Translations under genes and position numbers: made by a program | Assembly (NCBI RefSeq): GCF_001949145.1 | Contig: NW_019091361.1 | Location: 853,452 to 917,451, forward strand | From: Acanthaster planci | Taxonomy: Eukaryota | Reading direction: 5' to 3' | Length of the DNA: 64,000 nucleotides | The notes under the pieces: model-generated | The model's database searches: none | What the model was told of the DNA's origin: nothing | The model's input: only the letters and a program-made list of their open reading frames with translations | Part shown: one piece after another, positions 36,178 to 49,700 of the stretch | How the letters are laid out: each line of letters begins with the position of its first letter | How positions within the stretch are numbered: position 1 is the first letter of the stretch

Positions 36178-37324
36178 GCTGTTTATCTGCAGGGTCAAAG
36201 CAAAGGCAAGAAATAGCATTTCTCACTTAAACTCAATCATCTCTGAAGACAATGTATACATGTACATGTATTTGTACAATGTGCATGTGTGTAAACAGTC
36301 CTTTAAACACTGTGACAATCCATGGTCAATGTACCACTGGCAAAATATTTGCTGGAACATAATACAATTACCAAGTAATGCACTTGTACACATGTTAAAG
36401 AAAGACCCATGTGTACAGTACTTCCACCAACATGTACATGTACATGTATGTGTACATGTATTTACATACCGGTATATAGTCATTTCAATATTTAACAGCC
36501 TGCAAGGGGTCTAAGCCCTATGACTTTCAGGCTCTGACAGCTGAGAGGAGCTGCCGGGTACCCTGGTCATGAATTACACAAATTCTATAAACAATTAGTG
36601 AATCATGAAAAATTAACACAAAAAAATTCAAGCAGAAAGGAGGGATGAAAAAAGTCACGATGATTTCAAGTTTCAACTGAAAATGAACTCGAATGGCTGA
36701 CATTTTCTCTGACACCAGGTACACGTACTAAAGGCAGAAATTGACCAACACGTCTGTTACCTACATGTGTGTACATGTACATGCAAAGTTACTGTAATTT
36801 TTGTACATATTTGCATGTGACTTGACATTTACACAATTTGAAAGCTACAAAAGTGCACTTCTTTTGAAGAGTGTACGTTTACATTTTACTACCACAAGTA
36901 AGAAACAAGAAAACACATGTTCATTAATTTGATGTAATTGACAGTTTACTGATTAACTACTGAAAACTACACTGTAAATGAGCAGCATGAGTCACATCCT
37001 AAATATTAAACAGGAGCATGACAAGTGTTTGTCACAATATGTTGTAGGTGGTCACAAAGGGGCACAGGAGGCCGTGGCCCTGCCTGTTCCAAAATCATGC
37101 AGGCTATTCTTTTTGAAAATGTAATTCACTTGCATTCACCTGTGATGTCAGAGTGCCCTCTGGCATGACATTGTCAGGTCTCAAGTTGTGTTATGCCCCT
37201 ACTGAATCTCTCTTACTAACATGTACTAAAGTTGGGCCCATGGGTGTCATGAGGAAGGGCAAGGTGGGGTTAATCATGTAAATCCCCCCCCCTGAAAAAA
37301 AAAGTTTCAGGAGATCAGGTCAAG

Positions 37325-38640
37325 TGGTGACATTCTTCAGCTCCAGGATGACCTCAACACCATCAGTGATTGGTCTAAAAAGAACTTGTTTGCTCTCAAT
37401 GCCATAAAAGTCAGTACAGCTCTTACCAGGACAAAACAACAACTTTATCCTTCCTTGTATGTTTTGGATGGTACTCTCATTCAAGAGGTAAAAACCCATA
37501 TATTAATAGGTGTCCATACACAGCATAACTCATGCTGGGATGAGCATTTACAGTATGTCACTACTACGGCCTATAAGACCCTCGGCTTCATGGGTCATGT
37601 TATGGATGATTGTAAAACAATGACCTTCCTTGCCTTGTACAAAGCAATTGATATGCCCATTTTTGATTATTGTTCTCCTGCTTGGCCTATGTATGGAGCT
37701 GGACATATTGCTCAGCTTGAAAAAGTTCAAAGGTATGCCACTCGTCTCATTTTGCATCAACGTAGACAGGAGCAACCTGAGCATGACGAGAGTTTTATGT
37801 TTATGAAGTTTGTGTGTAAGCAATTGCTATTTGGTAATTTGTGCAATTGCCATCCCTCATTTTTGAGTTTAATTAATGTTAACACTACAGCAGACATGCC
37901 AATAAATTTCACCATCAGTATGCTCGCACTGATGTATTCAAGTACTCCGTTCCCTGCATGTTTGTCAGGAATAGGCGTACTTATCCTGACGGTATGGTCA
38001 ACGTGTTGACTTATGAGTCTCTGTCTGCTTTTTTGTACAAATTTAAAGGCTACCTTAAATTGTAATTATAATGTGCTGCTTGCTCTGGCTTACTGTGGGT
38101 TGGTCAACCTCAACATATTTTCCTTTTAGTGGGTGGTGCCGTGGGAGTAATTTCCTTCCTTGTTGTCTCTCTGCTTAGTCTTTGTCATCTTTTATTTATT
38201 ACGATTGCTGTTCTCCTTTTTATTATCTTGGTTTTCTTTTCCACGATCTCTTTCTTCCTCTCCTTGTCTTTTCTCTAGTGTGTGTGGCCGTGCTGTGTTT
38301 ACATGTAGGTGGGATTTGTTGCTGTGATGTCCCTCGTTTTTTGCTTGTGTGTCTGACTGATTGTTGTGCAAGGTCGGAGTGGCACGCCCTTTTGGCAAAA
38401 ATGACATTTTTCACTCTTGTTTTCCTCCAAGGCAGTCCTGCACTGTCCTCGTTTTTTTCTTATGTATGTCTGTCTTGTCTGTCTCTTGCTTGATCATTCC
38501 TCGTCTTTTATTGATTGACTGTCTACATGTGTGCCTCCTTTTTCAATCTGTATTGATCCTCTTTTTATATTATAGTTTGGATTTTTATTGTATGTATATA
38601 GCGTGTTGTATCTGCCTGAATAAAATATTAAAATAAATAC
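37325..38640 (+). mobile_element. 5'-truncated decayed LINE (CR1/L2 group): ORF2 C-terminus and 3' UTR
   Basis: LQDDLNTISDWSKKNLFALN..., CWDEHLQYV...AYKTLGF..LALYKAIDMPIFDYCSPAW....LEKVQRYATRLIL. A pyrimidine-rich 3' region follows and ends in a CTGAATAAAATATTAAAATAAATA tail. Confidence 0.85.
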
Positions 38641-38839
38641 AAAAGGAAAAGGGAAAAGCGAAAGAAGTGACTGAATAGAAGAGATAAAAGTGGGCAAAAA
38701 TCACAAATTTGCAGGAATAGAACTCAAAGTTGACTCCCTGCCACTGTAGGCCTGGCAACTCATCGGTGACTAACGCTCTACATGTAAGTAACAGTACTGC
38801 ACTCTACGAATCGCCAAGTTTTATTTTTAACATGTTGAA

Positions 38840-39253
38840 NNNNNNNNNNNNNNNNNNNNNNNNNNNNNNNNNNNNNNNNNNNNNNNNNNNNNNNNNNNNN
38901 NNNNNNNNNNNNNNNNNNNNNNNNNNNNNNNNNNNNNNNNNNNNNNNNNNNNNNNNNNNNNNNNNNNNNNNNNNNNNNNNNNNNNNNNNNNNNNNNNNNN
39001 NNNNNNNNNNNNNNNNNNNNNNNNNNNNNNNNNNNNNNNNNNNNNNNNNNNNNNNNNNNNNNNNNNNNNNNNNNNNNNNNNNNNNNNNNNNNNNNNNNNN
39101 NNNNNNNNNNNNNNNNNNNNNNNNNNNNNNNNNNNNNNNNNNNNNNNNNNNNNNNNNNNNNNNNNNNNNNNNNNNNNNNNNNNNNNNNNNNNNNNNNNNN
39201 NNNNNNNNNNNNNNNNNNNNNNNNNNNNNNNNNNNNNNNNNNNNNNNNNNNNN
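38840..39253. other. Assembly gap (N run)
   Basis: Run of N. Confidence 1.
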
Positions 39254-39482
39254 AGAGGCGATTCATACTCATGGCGTCCTACAACTCGGACTGTTCACGA
39301 AGTAGTCAAAGTAATAGAATGTAACGTCAAGCATTAGATATACAAATCACGATTCATGCCTTACCTGATGATGAAAACTCTGTACAAGTTCAACTTCAGC
39401 CTCATATTACACATGTACATGTACACTGCGACAATCTCAATCGTACACACAGTCAACTGAGGGCGCCAGTAACAATCAACAA

Positions 39483-40808
39483 CCCCCAAAAAGTCAATGT
39501 TCCCAATCTTCCCAGCGGCCATTTTTCAAATGACATCCCTCACCGTGGCCGGCTCTTCTGACAAATTTTCAATCACATTTTTGTCTGCTTTGCCCCCAGA
39601 TGGGTGCCCCTAAATCTACAGAGATGATCCCGGGCTATACTGGCACAATCCCACGATTTCTTGGCCCAAACAGATCCCTCTTTTTGAAAGAATCTGTGGG
39701 GGGGTACTTTTTGTGTGCCTCCTTCTGGCGGAGAATTTTCCTTGAATTGGGGCACTACACCCAGAGGCCTGCTTGTTGCAGGCCTACAGACATACGGGTT
39801 GGTTCCGTATGGATACACATTATGATGTCTGTGTGCAGGCCAGTATGGTGATAAATACCCGCCTGCGCGAACTTTAAAAAATCAGGAAAAATCATGCTCA
39901 CGAGTTTCTCAGGCTCTCGAGATGCACATCTAAGCCCATTTTATGATGTTTCTTTGTTTCGAATTTCCATTCATAATCATTTTAACTCATAGTGAGTGAG
40001 TCATACGTCCTCAGCAAAGAGCGGTTGAAGTTTAAACACTGCCAAAAACGAGCACCTCTGCATGGCATGCATGTAGAAACGTCCTCAAGCGAAGTAATTA
40101 GCTCAACTTGAGTGGCAAGTTCTGAATTAATAGATCGTATATGGTATCAATTTAATGCTGGGACCAATAAACACGTGACACTTATCTCGGTGGCAAATAA
40201 CCTTTCACTTGAATTAGCCAGTTCCCATCGCCCTCGTACGTACAGAGCATTAGTAGGATATAGGAAGGACCGTATGGTCACACATGACTTTTTTATCGAG
40301 CACTCATTGGATATGCCGTCTTTTTAACGAAGATCAATGGGATAGCCGGTTATAGTATAGGGCGCACTGAACTTGTAAAGTTTGGAGCCCCACTGTTGGC
40401 AACTAAAATCCTGCAGAGTCCTCTCAAACAAAAATGGTTTTGTTTTTGGTCCTTCAGGTTTCATTTGATTTTCAAATTTTAGAAGGTTAACCAATGAATT
40501 TTTTAATTATCCGCCCAAAATCCCCCCCCCAAAAAAGTGAACGTTCCTAAGTCTTCTCAGTAGCCATTTTTCAAATGACATCCCTCACCCTTTTGGGCTC
40601 TCAAGTGACAATATTTAAATAACATTTTTGTCTGCTTTGCCCCCAGAAGGGAGCCATTGAATCTATAGAGAGAATCCTAGGCCATACTTACACAATCCCA
40701 CAATTTCTTGGCCCACACAGACTCCTCTTTTGGAAAGAATTTATTAGGGGTATGTTTAGAGCACCTCCGTCTGGCGGAATTTTCCTTGAATTGGGACAGT
40801 GCACCCAG
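39483..40808. repeat. Two direct copies of a ~280-bp repeat (39483-39764 and ~40526-40808)
   Basis: Shared blocks CCATTTTTCAAATGACATCCCTCACC, ACATTTTTGTCTGCTTTGCCCCCAGA, CACAATCCCAC.ATTTCTTGGCCCA and AATTTTCCTTGAATTGGG. Confidence 0.85.
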
Positions 40809-40876
40809 TTGAACAGGTCTTGCACATGTGCGATGAGTGCTCATCAAGTAAGAAGTCCACACTTGCTTGCCATTAA

Positions 40877-41763
40877 CTACGGAAGCCCAAGCGTACCCCA
40901 CACAAGAAAAATCAGTGGGGAAACTAATTCGCTAATACGAATCAGTAATTCATAGTAACACATTACTTTAATTCGTAATTAGGGATTACTGACACTACGA
41001 ATTATTAATTCGTAATAACGGATTCACTACGAATTAGTAATTCGTAAAAACAGATTAGTACACTATAATTCGTTATTACAATTGTGACGATTGTGTCATC
41101 TATCACCAAGCAAAAACAATTGCAGATTGTCACGGTGAGGCTATTAACTAATATAGGGACGCTGGAGAAATGAGAGCAATGCTAACCGTTCACTTCAAAC
41201 CCGATAAATGCGATGTTCTTCATTTCACAAATATGGTTCAACGTAGAACAGTCCGGTTCTTAAGTTACTAACTTTACAACCAGGATAACGTACATCAGTC
41301 AGTGGCTCTTCTTTACAATACAACTCCCCCGGAGACCATCGGAGACTCGTCACCATGCACAAGATTACTTATAATCAAATCGCTGTCACCTTAAAGGCCT
41401 ACCGTCTGAAGTTTCATCAAACAAACCGTCATCTATACGAGGAATTCTAGGCCTTATAATGTCTCCAAATACTCTTCACTAGCACCCAAACTTCAACATT
41501 TTTTTTTCATCCCAACTGCACAGAATTCGAATAATCTTGCCCAGCACATCACGGATGGTGGCACTAAAATTTGCCGAAGCCCTGAGGAATTTCAAACGCA
41601 GTGCTCATGAATAGCCGTCCACCTTTCCTTGGCTGAGTGTTGCTTCGATAGGAGTTGATCAGCGACTATTTATCAAGATCAAATTAGTAATTCGTAATAA
41701 CGAATTAGTTTCCCACTGATGTTTTTGTCTGTGGCTCTAATGGGCTCTAATGGGCTTTCGTAG
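40877..41763. mobile_element. Non-autonomous DNA element with TIRs and internal TACGAATTA repeats, containing a decayed LINE fragment
   Basis: TTAA CTACGGAAGCCCA...ATCAGTGGGGAAACTAATTCG pairs with CGAATTAGTTTCCCACTGAT...TGGGCTTTCGTAG TTAA. The interior at ~41150-41560 gives degenerate LINE ORF2 motifs (LEK*..FKPDKCDVLHF; FF.P....NNL). Confidence 0.75.
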
Positions 41764-41790
41764 TTAACGATTTCCTCCACGATTTTGTGT

Positions 41791-42500
41791 ACCCTCCCGA
41801 GTCGGGAGCACTAGCAACAGGACCAAAGACATCTTGTTCCTTTTCAGTGTAACAAAGTTTCGTTGAATTCTTTTCATGTAACTACTTAAAAATAAAAATT
41901 GGCCACACTTTTTGGGGATCGGAGTTTGATCTCACAACCTCTCGCTCCCGAGTCAGGAGCTCCAGCCACAGGAAAACTGCATCTTGCTATTTAGGGTTAA
42001 AAAGGGTAAGTTGATTTTCCATGAAATTTTTACTCTTTAAATAATTAGCACTGTTTCTCTCGCAAGGGATTTGATCTCATATCCTCTCGCCCCCGGCTCA
42101 CTGAGAAGCGCTAGGAACACGATCTCCGAGATCTTTGTCACTTAATTTTTTTGTTTGATTTTTTTCATGCATTGTTTAAAAAAAAAAATTTTCAAAGGTT
42201 TCCCTCGAACGGTCGATTCGATTTCACAACCTCTCGCTTCCAAATCCAAAGCACTAGCTCAATTTTAACTTGGACCAAAGGTGGATTTTGAACTTCGTTA
42301 TTTGAAGTTTTTTTTTTCAAAACAAACTTAGCAAAAGGCTATTGAGGGCATATTCGATCTCACAACTTCTTGATCCCGACTCAGGAACTATAGCACCACG
42401 GCGGATCATCGAGTTCTTGTATCTCTTCAATGTAAAAAGTTCCTTTTAAGAAATAATTAGCAAATTTTTTCTCGCACGGGGCTAGATCTCACCATCTTGT
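41791..42500 (-). repeat. Tandem array of ~130-147-bp degenerate tRNA-derived units
   Basis: GATCTCACAACCTCTCGCTCCCGAGTC-like cores recur at about 41928, 42073, 42220, 42356 and 42486, plus a partial unit at ~41795. The minus strand reads ..GACTCGGGAGCGAGAGGTTGTGAGATC(G/A)AA.., resembling a tRNA anticodon arm and T-loop/B box. Confidence 0.7.
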
Positions 42501-43747
42501 AGCCCATTCTAACCTTTTTATGTGGCCAAATTGATCTTGCCATATTTTATGCCATTCCTCACCCAAAGCCATTTCTTGCCAGTTTACATTGCCGTGCATT
42601 GATTTTGCCATTAGTGCCTTTTCTTGCTTAACCCTAACCCTCCTCAATCCTTCACCTGTTGGAGGATTGAGGAAGGTTAGGGTTAAAGCCCACTCTAACT
42701 GCATTTAATGCCAAATTGATGTTACCGGCGTACGTAACGCCCCTTCTTGCCAATGCCCCGTGCCACAGAATGCTCAGTTCTTGTCATTTTTACGCCTATT
42801 TTGCTACATTGCAGTGTTTTTGCCATACATGTAGCCGGAGTACCCAAGTTTTGCTGTTTCTGCCATGTCATGCTTTTGTTGTATAATGTTTCAAATCGAT
42901 CTTGCCATGCGTGTCTTGCAAGTGAGCACTCGGCATTGTTTGCCAGCTTCCCCCAACAAAACGTCCCTAAGTTGAAATCTTTTTATAGTACTCTTTCTGC
43001 ATATACAGTTAAGATGAAATCTGATCTGATCAGATTTAAAACAGATTATGACTTTGAAATCATTACACTGATCAGCTAAAGTAAACATGTATGTTCTAGA
43101 ACATAATTCCTTTCAACACATTGTCAAATTGTGCCGGATACCAGACGTTAAAATTCTGTTGAAATCAGTAATACATTGATGCTGACCTACGTGTAAAGCA
43201 TTTACCCTTGTAGTTCGTGGACGGTCGTGGTGCACCCCTTCATTTAGGCTAGAAATATGTCCGCCTATCTCATTAATAGAAGTAATACACTGAAAATTTA
43301 TTGTATTGGAGTGATCTACTTTGGGTGAGAATTTCTAAAAATTCATTGGTCAACCCACAAAAAATTGAAAGGAAAATGAAAGCGGACATGTCAAACATTT
43401 TTTTCCTGTCCAGCCTGGACACCTGTGAGAGTTATAGGTTTTTTTTTCTAAATGTAAAGATTTATCATCGGTGTCTGTGGGAATTTACTTTGAGGGGTGA
43501 TGACCGGTGCAGCACCCTTCTTCGGGATCCCGTGACGTGATCATTCTAGCGATCAGTGTTCTGTGTATGCGACCGCCCTCAATCGGTAGATAATACACTG
43601 CACACGTACGACCGGCCAGGGAATTGGAACGGGAACGCGCGCCCTTCCTCGTGCATGATGAACACGCATTCGGAAGTTCGGCAGTAGTTAAGATTTTGTT
43701 ACTCACACCTTCCTCCATGGTCGCAGCACCTCCGCAGTCACAGCGTG

Positions 43748-46700
43748 ATGGACGACGGAGAAGATGAAGATTGGTCAAGACCTGCGTACTTAGACATGTT
43801 AGAATGTTTCGAAAGCTCAAGTTCGACATCGATGTCAGGTCAGCCAGCGCCAGTCATGCCAGTTCATTTGTTTTTCTAGATAGGCCTTGGCTAGCTTAGG
43901 CCTTGTATTAGTAATAAAGGCCTAGAGCGATAACGATGGGGCCGGTACATATTTCATGACCTAGCTAGGCCTACATTACCACTGTACCTGACGAATGTTT
44001 CAATGGCCGGTACGGCGGTAGCATGGCTTTGCCTACTTTAAATTTGAGGACTACATACATGTACTGTACATGTATCCCTCATGTTTGAAAATAAAATAGG
44101 CATGGGAGAATTCCCCCCGAGGCTGTGAGACTGTCTGAATCATGAATATCATCAGTGATCTATCAGCCAATCAATGCGAGACTGTCATAGAAAATGTTTC
44201 TTGTGTACATTATACACCTACACGTATGCATCCATCTCTGACTTACAAAATTGTAAACTTACGGTTTTAACCCTTCCCTATTTCAATTTTGCATGTAGTG
44301 GTGGCACAGTCCATGAACGGTCCCAACATGAAAGTGAGCCACAGCCGCACAATCGTCCACATCGATATTGACTGCTTTTATGCACAGGTTGAAATGGTCA
44401 GAAACCCAGCCCTTCGAACCAAGCCACTTGGTAAGTTTCTCATCGTGTCTTGAGCAATTCCACAACCTTGAGTGTTGAAAACATGACCAAAATCAAACCA
44501 CTGTTGCTTCCTCTTTCACCATCCAACTTTTGTACATGTACAGTGTAGGCCTACATTTATGTAGTTCAGCTTTGCATCTCAGTCCTAAGTGTAAAATAGA
44601 GTTTTATTAACTCTCTGCACTGAAGCCAAGTAAAGTATTCCACTAGTTGTAATTGAATGTTCATGTACAAGTACATCTTATTGTAAATTTTCAAAATAAC
44701 TTCTTAAACTTTATCACCTCTTGCAGTTTGCCTGCGTCGATTTTAACACAATCCTGTCTATTCATTCACAGGAATCCAGCAGAAGTATCTCTTGGTGACT
44801 TGTAACTACATTGCCAGGTCTCGTGGGGTGACCAAACTGATGCGGATAACAGATGCATTACAGCGATGCCCGGAGCTGGTCATTGTCAGTGGAGAAGATC
44901 TGACACACTACAGGGAAATGTCTTACAGGATCACAGGTCTGTTTGTATTGCCAAGCAAGCAACACAGATATAACCAAAATTTCAATTTGCTGGAAGGTTT
45001 CTGGACATGGAATATCTGTAAATATTTTGATGAGTTTTCAAACTGTTGTTGTGGAATCACTGTTTCATATAGGATTGCAATATCTGCCTGTCCGTTCCTG
45101 GACAAGGGTAACACACCTGTTTGTCCAAATTTCTTTTTGCCTGACCCCAAACAGGTAGACAAGTGGGTAAATAAGACACTGTAATATATAATACATTCTT
45201 ATCTATCACGGAAGTCATGAACTGGTGAACAAAAGAAAAGTAGAGAATTTACTTCTAGCAGGGGAAGAAAACCTGTCCAAAGCTTCCAAGGACACTTCTG
45301 AACTTAGTTCTTTCTGTTTCTGTCCCCACATCACCTGGGTTCGTCAGAAATTTACATGACTGACAGCAAGGGAAAAGCCACAGCAATAACCTAGCCATTT
45401 AAAGTGTATCATATGGGGATTTCTAAAACTACTTGTGTTTACTTTGCTGACTTGCCTGCTTTTATAACTGCAGAGCTTCTTCGGCAATTCAGCCCCACCG
45501 TGGAGAGGCTAGGATTTGATGAAAATTTCATTGATGTGAGCCATCTTGTGTCTCAACATTTGGAGAAAGAAGACTCTGAATCAGAAGTCTGTGGCCATAT
45601 TTATGGAAAACAAGGTATACATGTATGTAGATTTAATACAAGTATGCCTGGAGTTTAGATTGCTACTTGCCCTCAAGGTATTATGGGGTATTATGGGCAG
45701 TGAACAGTACGGTATTAAATAATTTGTACGCCTTGGTGGCATTAGCAAAACGTATCTTCAAACTGAATAAATTGTGAGTGTATTACAGGTTGACGTTCAC
45801 TGTTGTCTTTGCAAAGCATTACATGTACTTGAACTTTCCTAACCAACAGATGTAGGTAATGACTCTCCACCAGCCTGCCCCTGTGGTTGTCACCAGCGAC
45901 TCCTCATTGGCTCACACATTGCCTACGAGATGCGCGAGGCCCTTCGGATGCAGCTGGATATCACCAGCTGCGGAGGGGTGGCCCACAACAAGCTGCTGGC
46001 CAAATTGGTAGGCTCGGCCCACAAACCCAATGACCAGACGACGCTATTCCCGCACATGGTGGGCAGTCTGATGGGAAGCCTCACCAAAGTCACTCAAGTC
46101 CCAGGTAAGGGATAGTCTGAGAATCAGCGGTTTTGCAGTGGAGCCTGGAACAGCTTCCAGCCATGTGACATACATGAATGTAGGTAGTAAATGGCTGCTG
46201 ATTGGTCAAAATGTGGAGGCAAGAGGAGGTCATTGCATAATTAACCGCCAATGAAATGTACTCATATATGTATGCAGTCAACTATTCGACCATCTTTTGT
46301 CTGGCAGAAAGGCATTCAGGGTTTTTTTTTTTTGAAACACAAATCACATTGTAACAGCTTGCTCGGTATGCCCTTTTGCAAGGCAGCAGACACCATGTAC
46401 TACATGTACATAGAGGTGAAGGACGAAAACCCCCGAAATACAGAGTGCTGTGTGTGCATCCTCTTCAGGGGGCTGTGTAGCTGGTGAATGCCTTTATAAA
46501 ATGCCGTACAGGAAAATGGATCATAGATTTTGCCAAATTTCTAACATCCTCCATGACTGCGCCCATGACCAAAGCATTCCACCCCACGTTTGGGGGGAGG
46601 CATTCATTCACTTAGTTCATTGAAAGTGATTGCTCCCACAAGGTAAAACACCTCAGTCATTTATAATGGTTTGAATTTTCTGCTTTTAGGCATTGGCCAC

Positions 46701-49700
46701 TCGACTGGTAAAAAACTGTCCTCCATGGGGATCACCACATTAACTCAGTTGATTGAAGCACCATTCTCAATGCTGAAGGAAGAATTTGGGTACCAAACTG
46801 CAAGTACTATGCAGAAGCTGTGCCAAGGACATGATGAGGCACCTGTTCTACAGTCTGGGCCCCCACAGGTTTGTATTCAATAGTCTTTTTTTAATTGAGC
46901 GTGATTAGTTTCATTTTTAATACAAATTTTTGTGACTCTGCCCCCTAACAAGACAAACAACAACCCTTTTTGAAAAAAGAGAAATTTAGAAATGAGGTTG
47001 AAATGCAACATATTTGGAAAATTGAAAGCTATCTGAAAATCAGGTCTTCCAAAAATTGGTTACTGTCCCAAACGCAAAGATCACACTTAGTCAAAGAATC
47101 TTGCCAGTCTGGTGTGGAATTACATGTACACCTCTGATATTTTTCAAGACCAAAATATATGTTGCATCTTGATCTTCTTCCAGTCAATAAGTGATGAAGA
47201 TTCCTTTAGGAAGTGCAGCAGTGTACAGGACGCTCGACTCAAGATGAAGGCACTCCTCTGCAGTCTTCTGCAAAGGTATCAAGAACTTCCAGATTTCCTC
47301 ACAAAAAGACTGCAAAAATGAAAAGGATGACATGTTGTGGAATTCGGAAGCCTAGCAGCTGTTGCGGTGCACTTTCAAAAGATAATTAATGAGGCTTGCT
47401 GATATAGCCCATAATGATTTGGCTCAGGTGATAAGTTGTAAAGTTGATCCATTTATATCTGATACAGATTAAAGAAGGATGGAAGGCAGCCCCATACTTT
47501 AAGACTGAGCGTGCGCAAGTACTCCAAGGTTCATAAATGGACCCGTGAGAGCCGACAGTGTGGTATGCCAGATGGAATTCAGCACAGCTTGCAATCAGGT
47601 AGGTAGCAGTGTTCTATTGACTGATGAATCAGCTTAAGCCTTACGAATTGTCCTATTTATGGGTAAAAATATGCTGTGAATATTTGTACTGCAGGCTATG
47701 TATAAATGGTGCCCTGTTGTGGGTTCATTGTCTACAGAGGTTCATTCGTGGATGTTGCAAAAATGAACTTTAATGATTGGCAAAGGAAGCATGGGGTTAC
47801 CGAAGAACACACTCTGTTTTATAATTTGTAGGCTATTCTGTTTCCCCATTCCCTTCGGTCCATGTTAACCCTCCTATGCTGAAGTCACTGTTTGGGTCAT
47901 TTGGTGAACACCTCAAAGAAGCACAGCTGTNNNNNNNNNNNNNNNNNNNNNNNNNNNNNNNNNNNNNNNNNNNNNNNNNNNNNNNNNNNNNNNNNNNNNN
48001 NNNNNNNNNNNNNNNNNNNNNNNNNNNNNNNNNNNNNNNNNNNNNNNNNNNNNNNNNNNNNNNNNNNNNNNNNNNNNNNNNNNNNNNNNNNNNNNNNNNN
48101 NNNNNNNNNNNNNNNNNNNNNNNNNNNNNNNNNNNNNNNNNNNNNNNNNNNNNNNNNNNNNNNNNNNNNNNNNNNNNNNNNNNNNNNNNNNNNNNNNNNN
48201 NNNNNNNNNNNNNNNNNNNNNNNNNNNNNNNNNNNNNNNNNNNNNNNNNNNNNNNNNNNNNNNNNNNNNNNNNNNNNNNNNNNNNNNNNNNNNNNNNNNN
48301 NNNNNNNNNNNNNNNNNNNNNNNNNNNNNTAGGTACCTTGTTGAATCCTCTACAGTCGTCCTCTGTGCAGTAAAACCTGATAAATAAACTGTGAAGTCCA
48401 CGTATGACAAGCTGCATCTGAACGACTCGGCTGCAGTTCGAAATGATATACTAATCTATGAGAAGTGCCTGCAGCCACTACCATAGACTTGTGTGTAATT
48501 TTAAGCCGCAACCAAGTAATTTGGACAGGGCTTAATTTTGGCTTTGCTGTACACTGTACCTCCCTAAATGACGCTCAATCCCCTAAACTCTCTGGTGGCT
48601 TTGCCCGGATCAGGGAGGTTCAGAGTTAGTATTTTCAAATTCCTTTTTTCTGTTCAATATATACAACTTTTGAATTTTCAATCTCCACAGATGAAGATGC
48701 AGCAGTGAGCAAACTCTTGGACCTTTGTGTGGGTCTCTTCCACAAGATGGTGGACACATCCCAGCCCTTCCATCTTACTCTAATAAGTGTGTGCTTTGCC
48801 ATGTTCCAGTCGCAGACTAGGTCGGCTTTGAATATTACCAAATTCTTCTCCCCAAGATCTGCAAAGAAAGGCAGTGAGAAGAGTATGTCTAGCGCTGAAA
48901 GTTTCCTAGAAACAGAGGAGAGAAACAAATCGAAGGCCTGTTCACAATCTACCATCGATATTCCCTCGGATTTGCCATCTACATCTGAGAGCGAGAAAAA
49001 AAATGTATATGTGCTAACTGAAGGGGTCACTCCAAGTGTAAATTCCAAATCAGAGGGCAGGGCGAGTCCGAGCAGTCATGACTGTCGACTCGTACCTTCG
49101 CTTCCCGCGAGTTACACATTAAATATGAGTTTGTCTAACAATGCTGAAGGGGTCAGAAATTCCGTCAGTGAAATTGACCACAGTTTGGTAACTGTAAGTG
49201 AGCGGCAGGGGTGTGGTACTTCATTAATCAAGGGAGAGAAGACGGCAGCAGTTTCCAAAATGCCATCATTCTTTGCTCAGAAATCAGACACCCTTTCTTT
49301 GTCACAGCCAAGGGTTAGAGTGAGTCAAAACTTGCCGACAGTGGATGGCAGAGATTCTCAGGTTCTCTCAGGGACAAGACCATCATTGGATAAGGAAGTA
49401 TCGGTTGACAGTGCTAGCTCAAGAATACCCGACCAGCAGCTGTCTTTGGCATCAGGGGACCGTGATGTTGCACCTTCCTCCGTGCCCCCCAACATTGACC
49501 CTTTGGTATTCGCGGAACTCCCTTCAGAATTGCAACAGGAACTAACAAATGAATGGAGAATCACACAACACGATTCCATGTCTGGATCCCAAAGTGCATC
49601 CCACAAACCCACAGGAATCCCACAGGAATCTCTGCATACTGAGCTTGTTGGCATTGACCAGTCTGTTTTCAAAGAGTTACCTTCAGACATACAAAAAGAG

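Noticed and set aside
41791..42500. Repeat-spacer-like periodicity suggestive of a CRISPR array, or a functional tRNA cluster
   Set aside because: The context is eukaryotic, the units are ~140 bp and degenerate, the 'spacers' resemble each other, there are no cas genes, and no complete cloverleaf can be drawn.
47931..48329. Possible POLI exon hidden in the gap
   Set aside because: The exons ending at 47598 and starting at 48691 join in frame and the little-finger motifs are continuous, so no extra exon is needed, though one cannot be excluded.
29352..48417. Long ORFs containing X runs (29352, 29411, 38730, 38778, 47833-48417)
   Set aside because: These are artefacts of N gaps.
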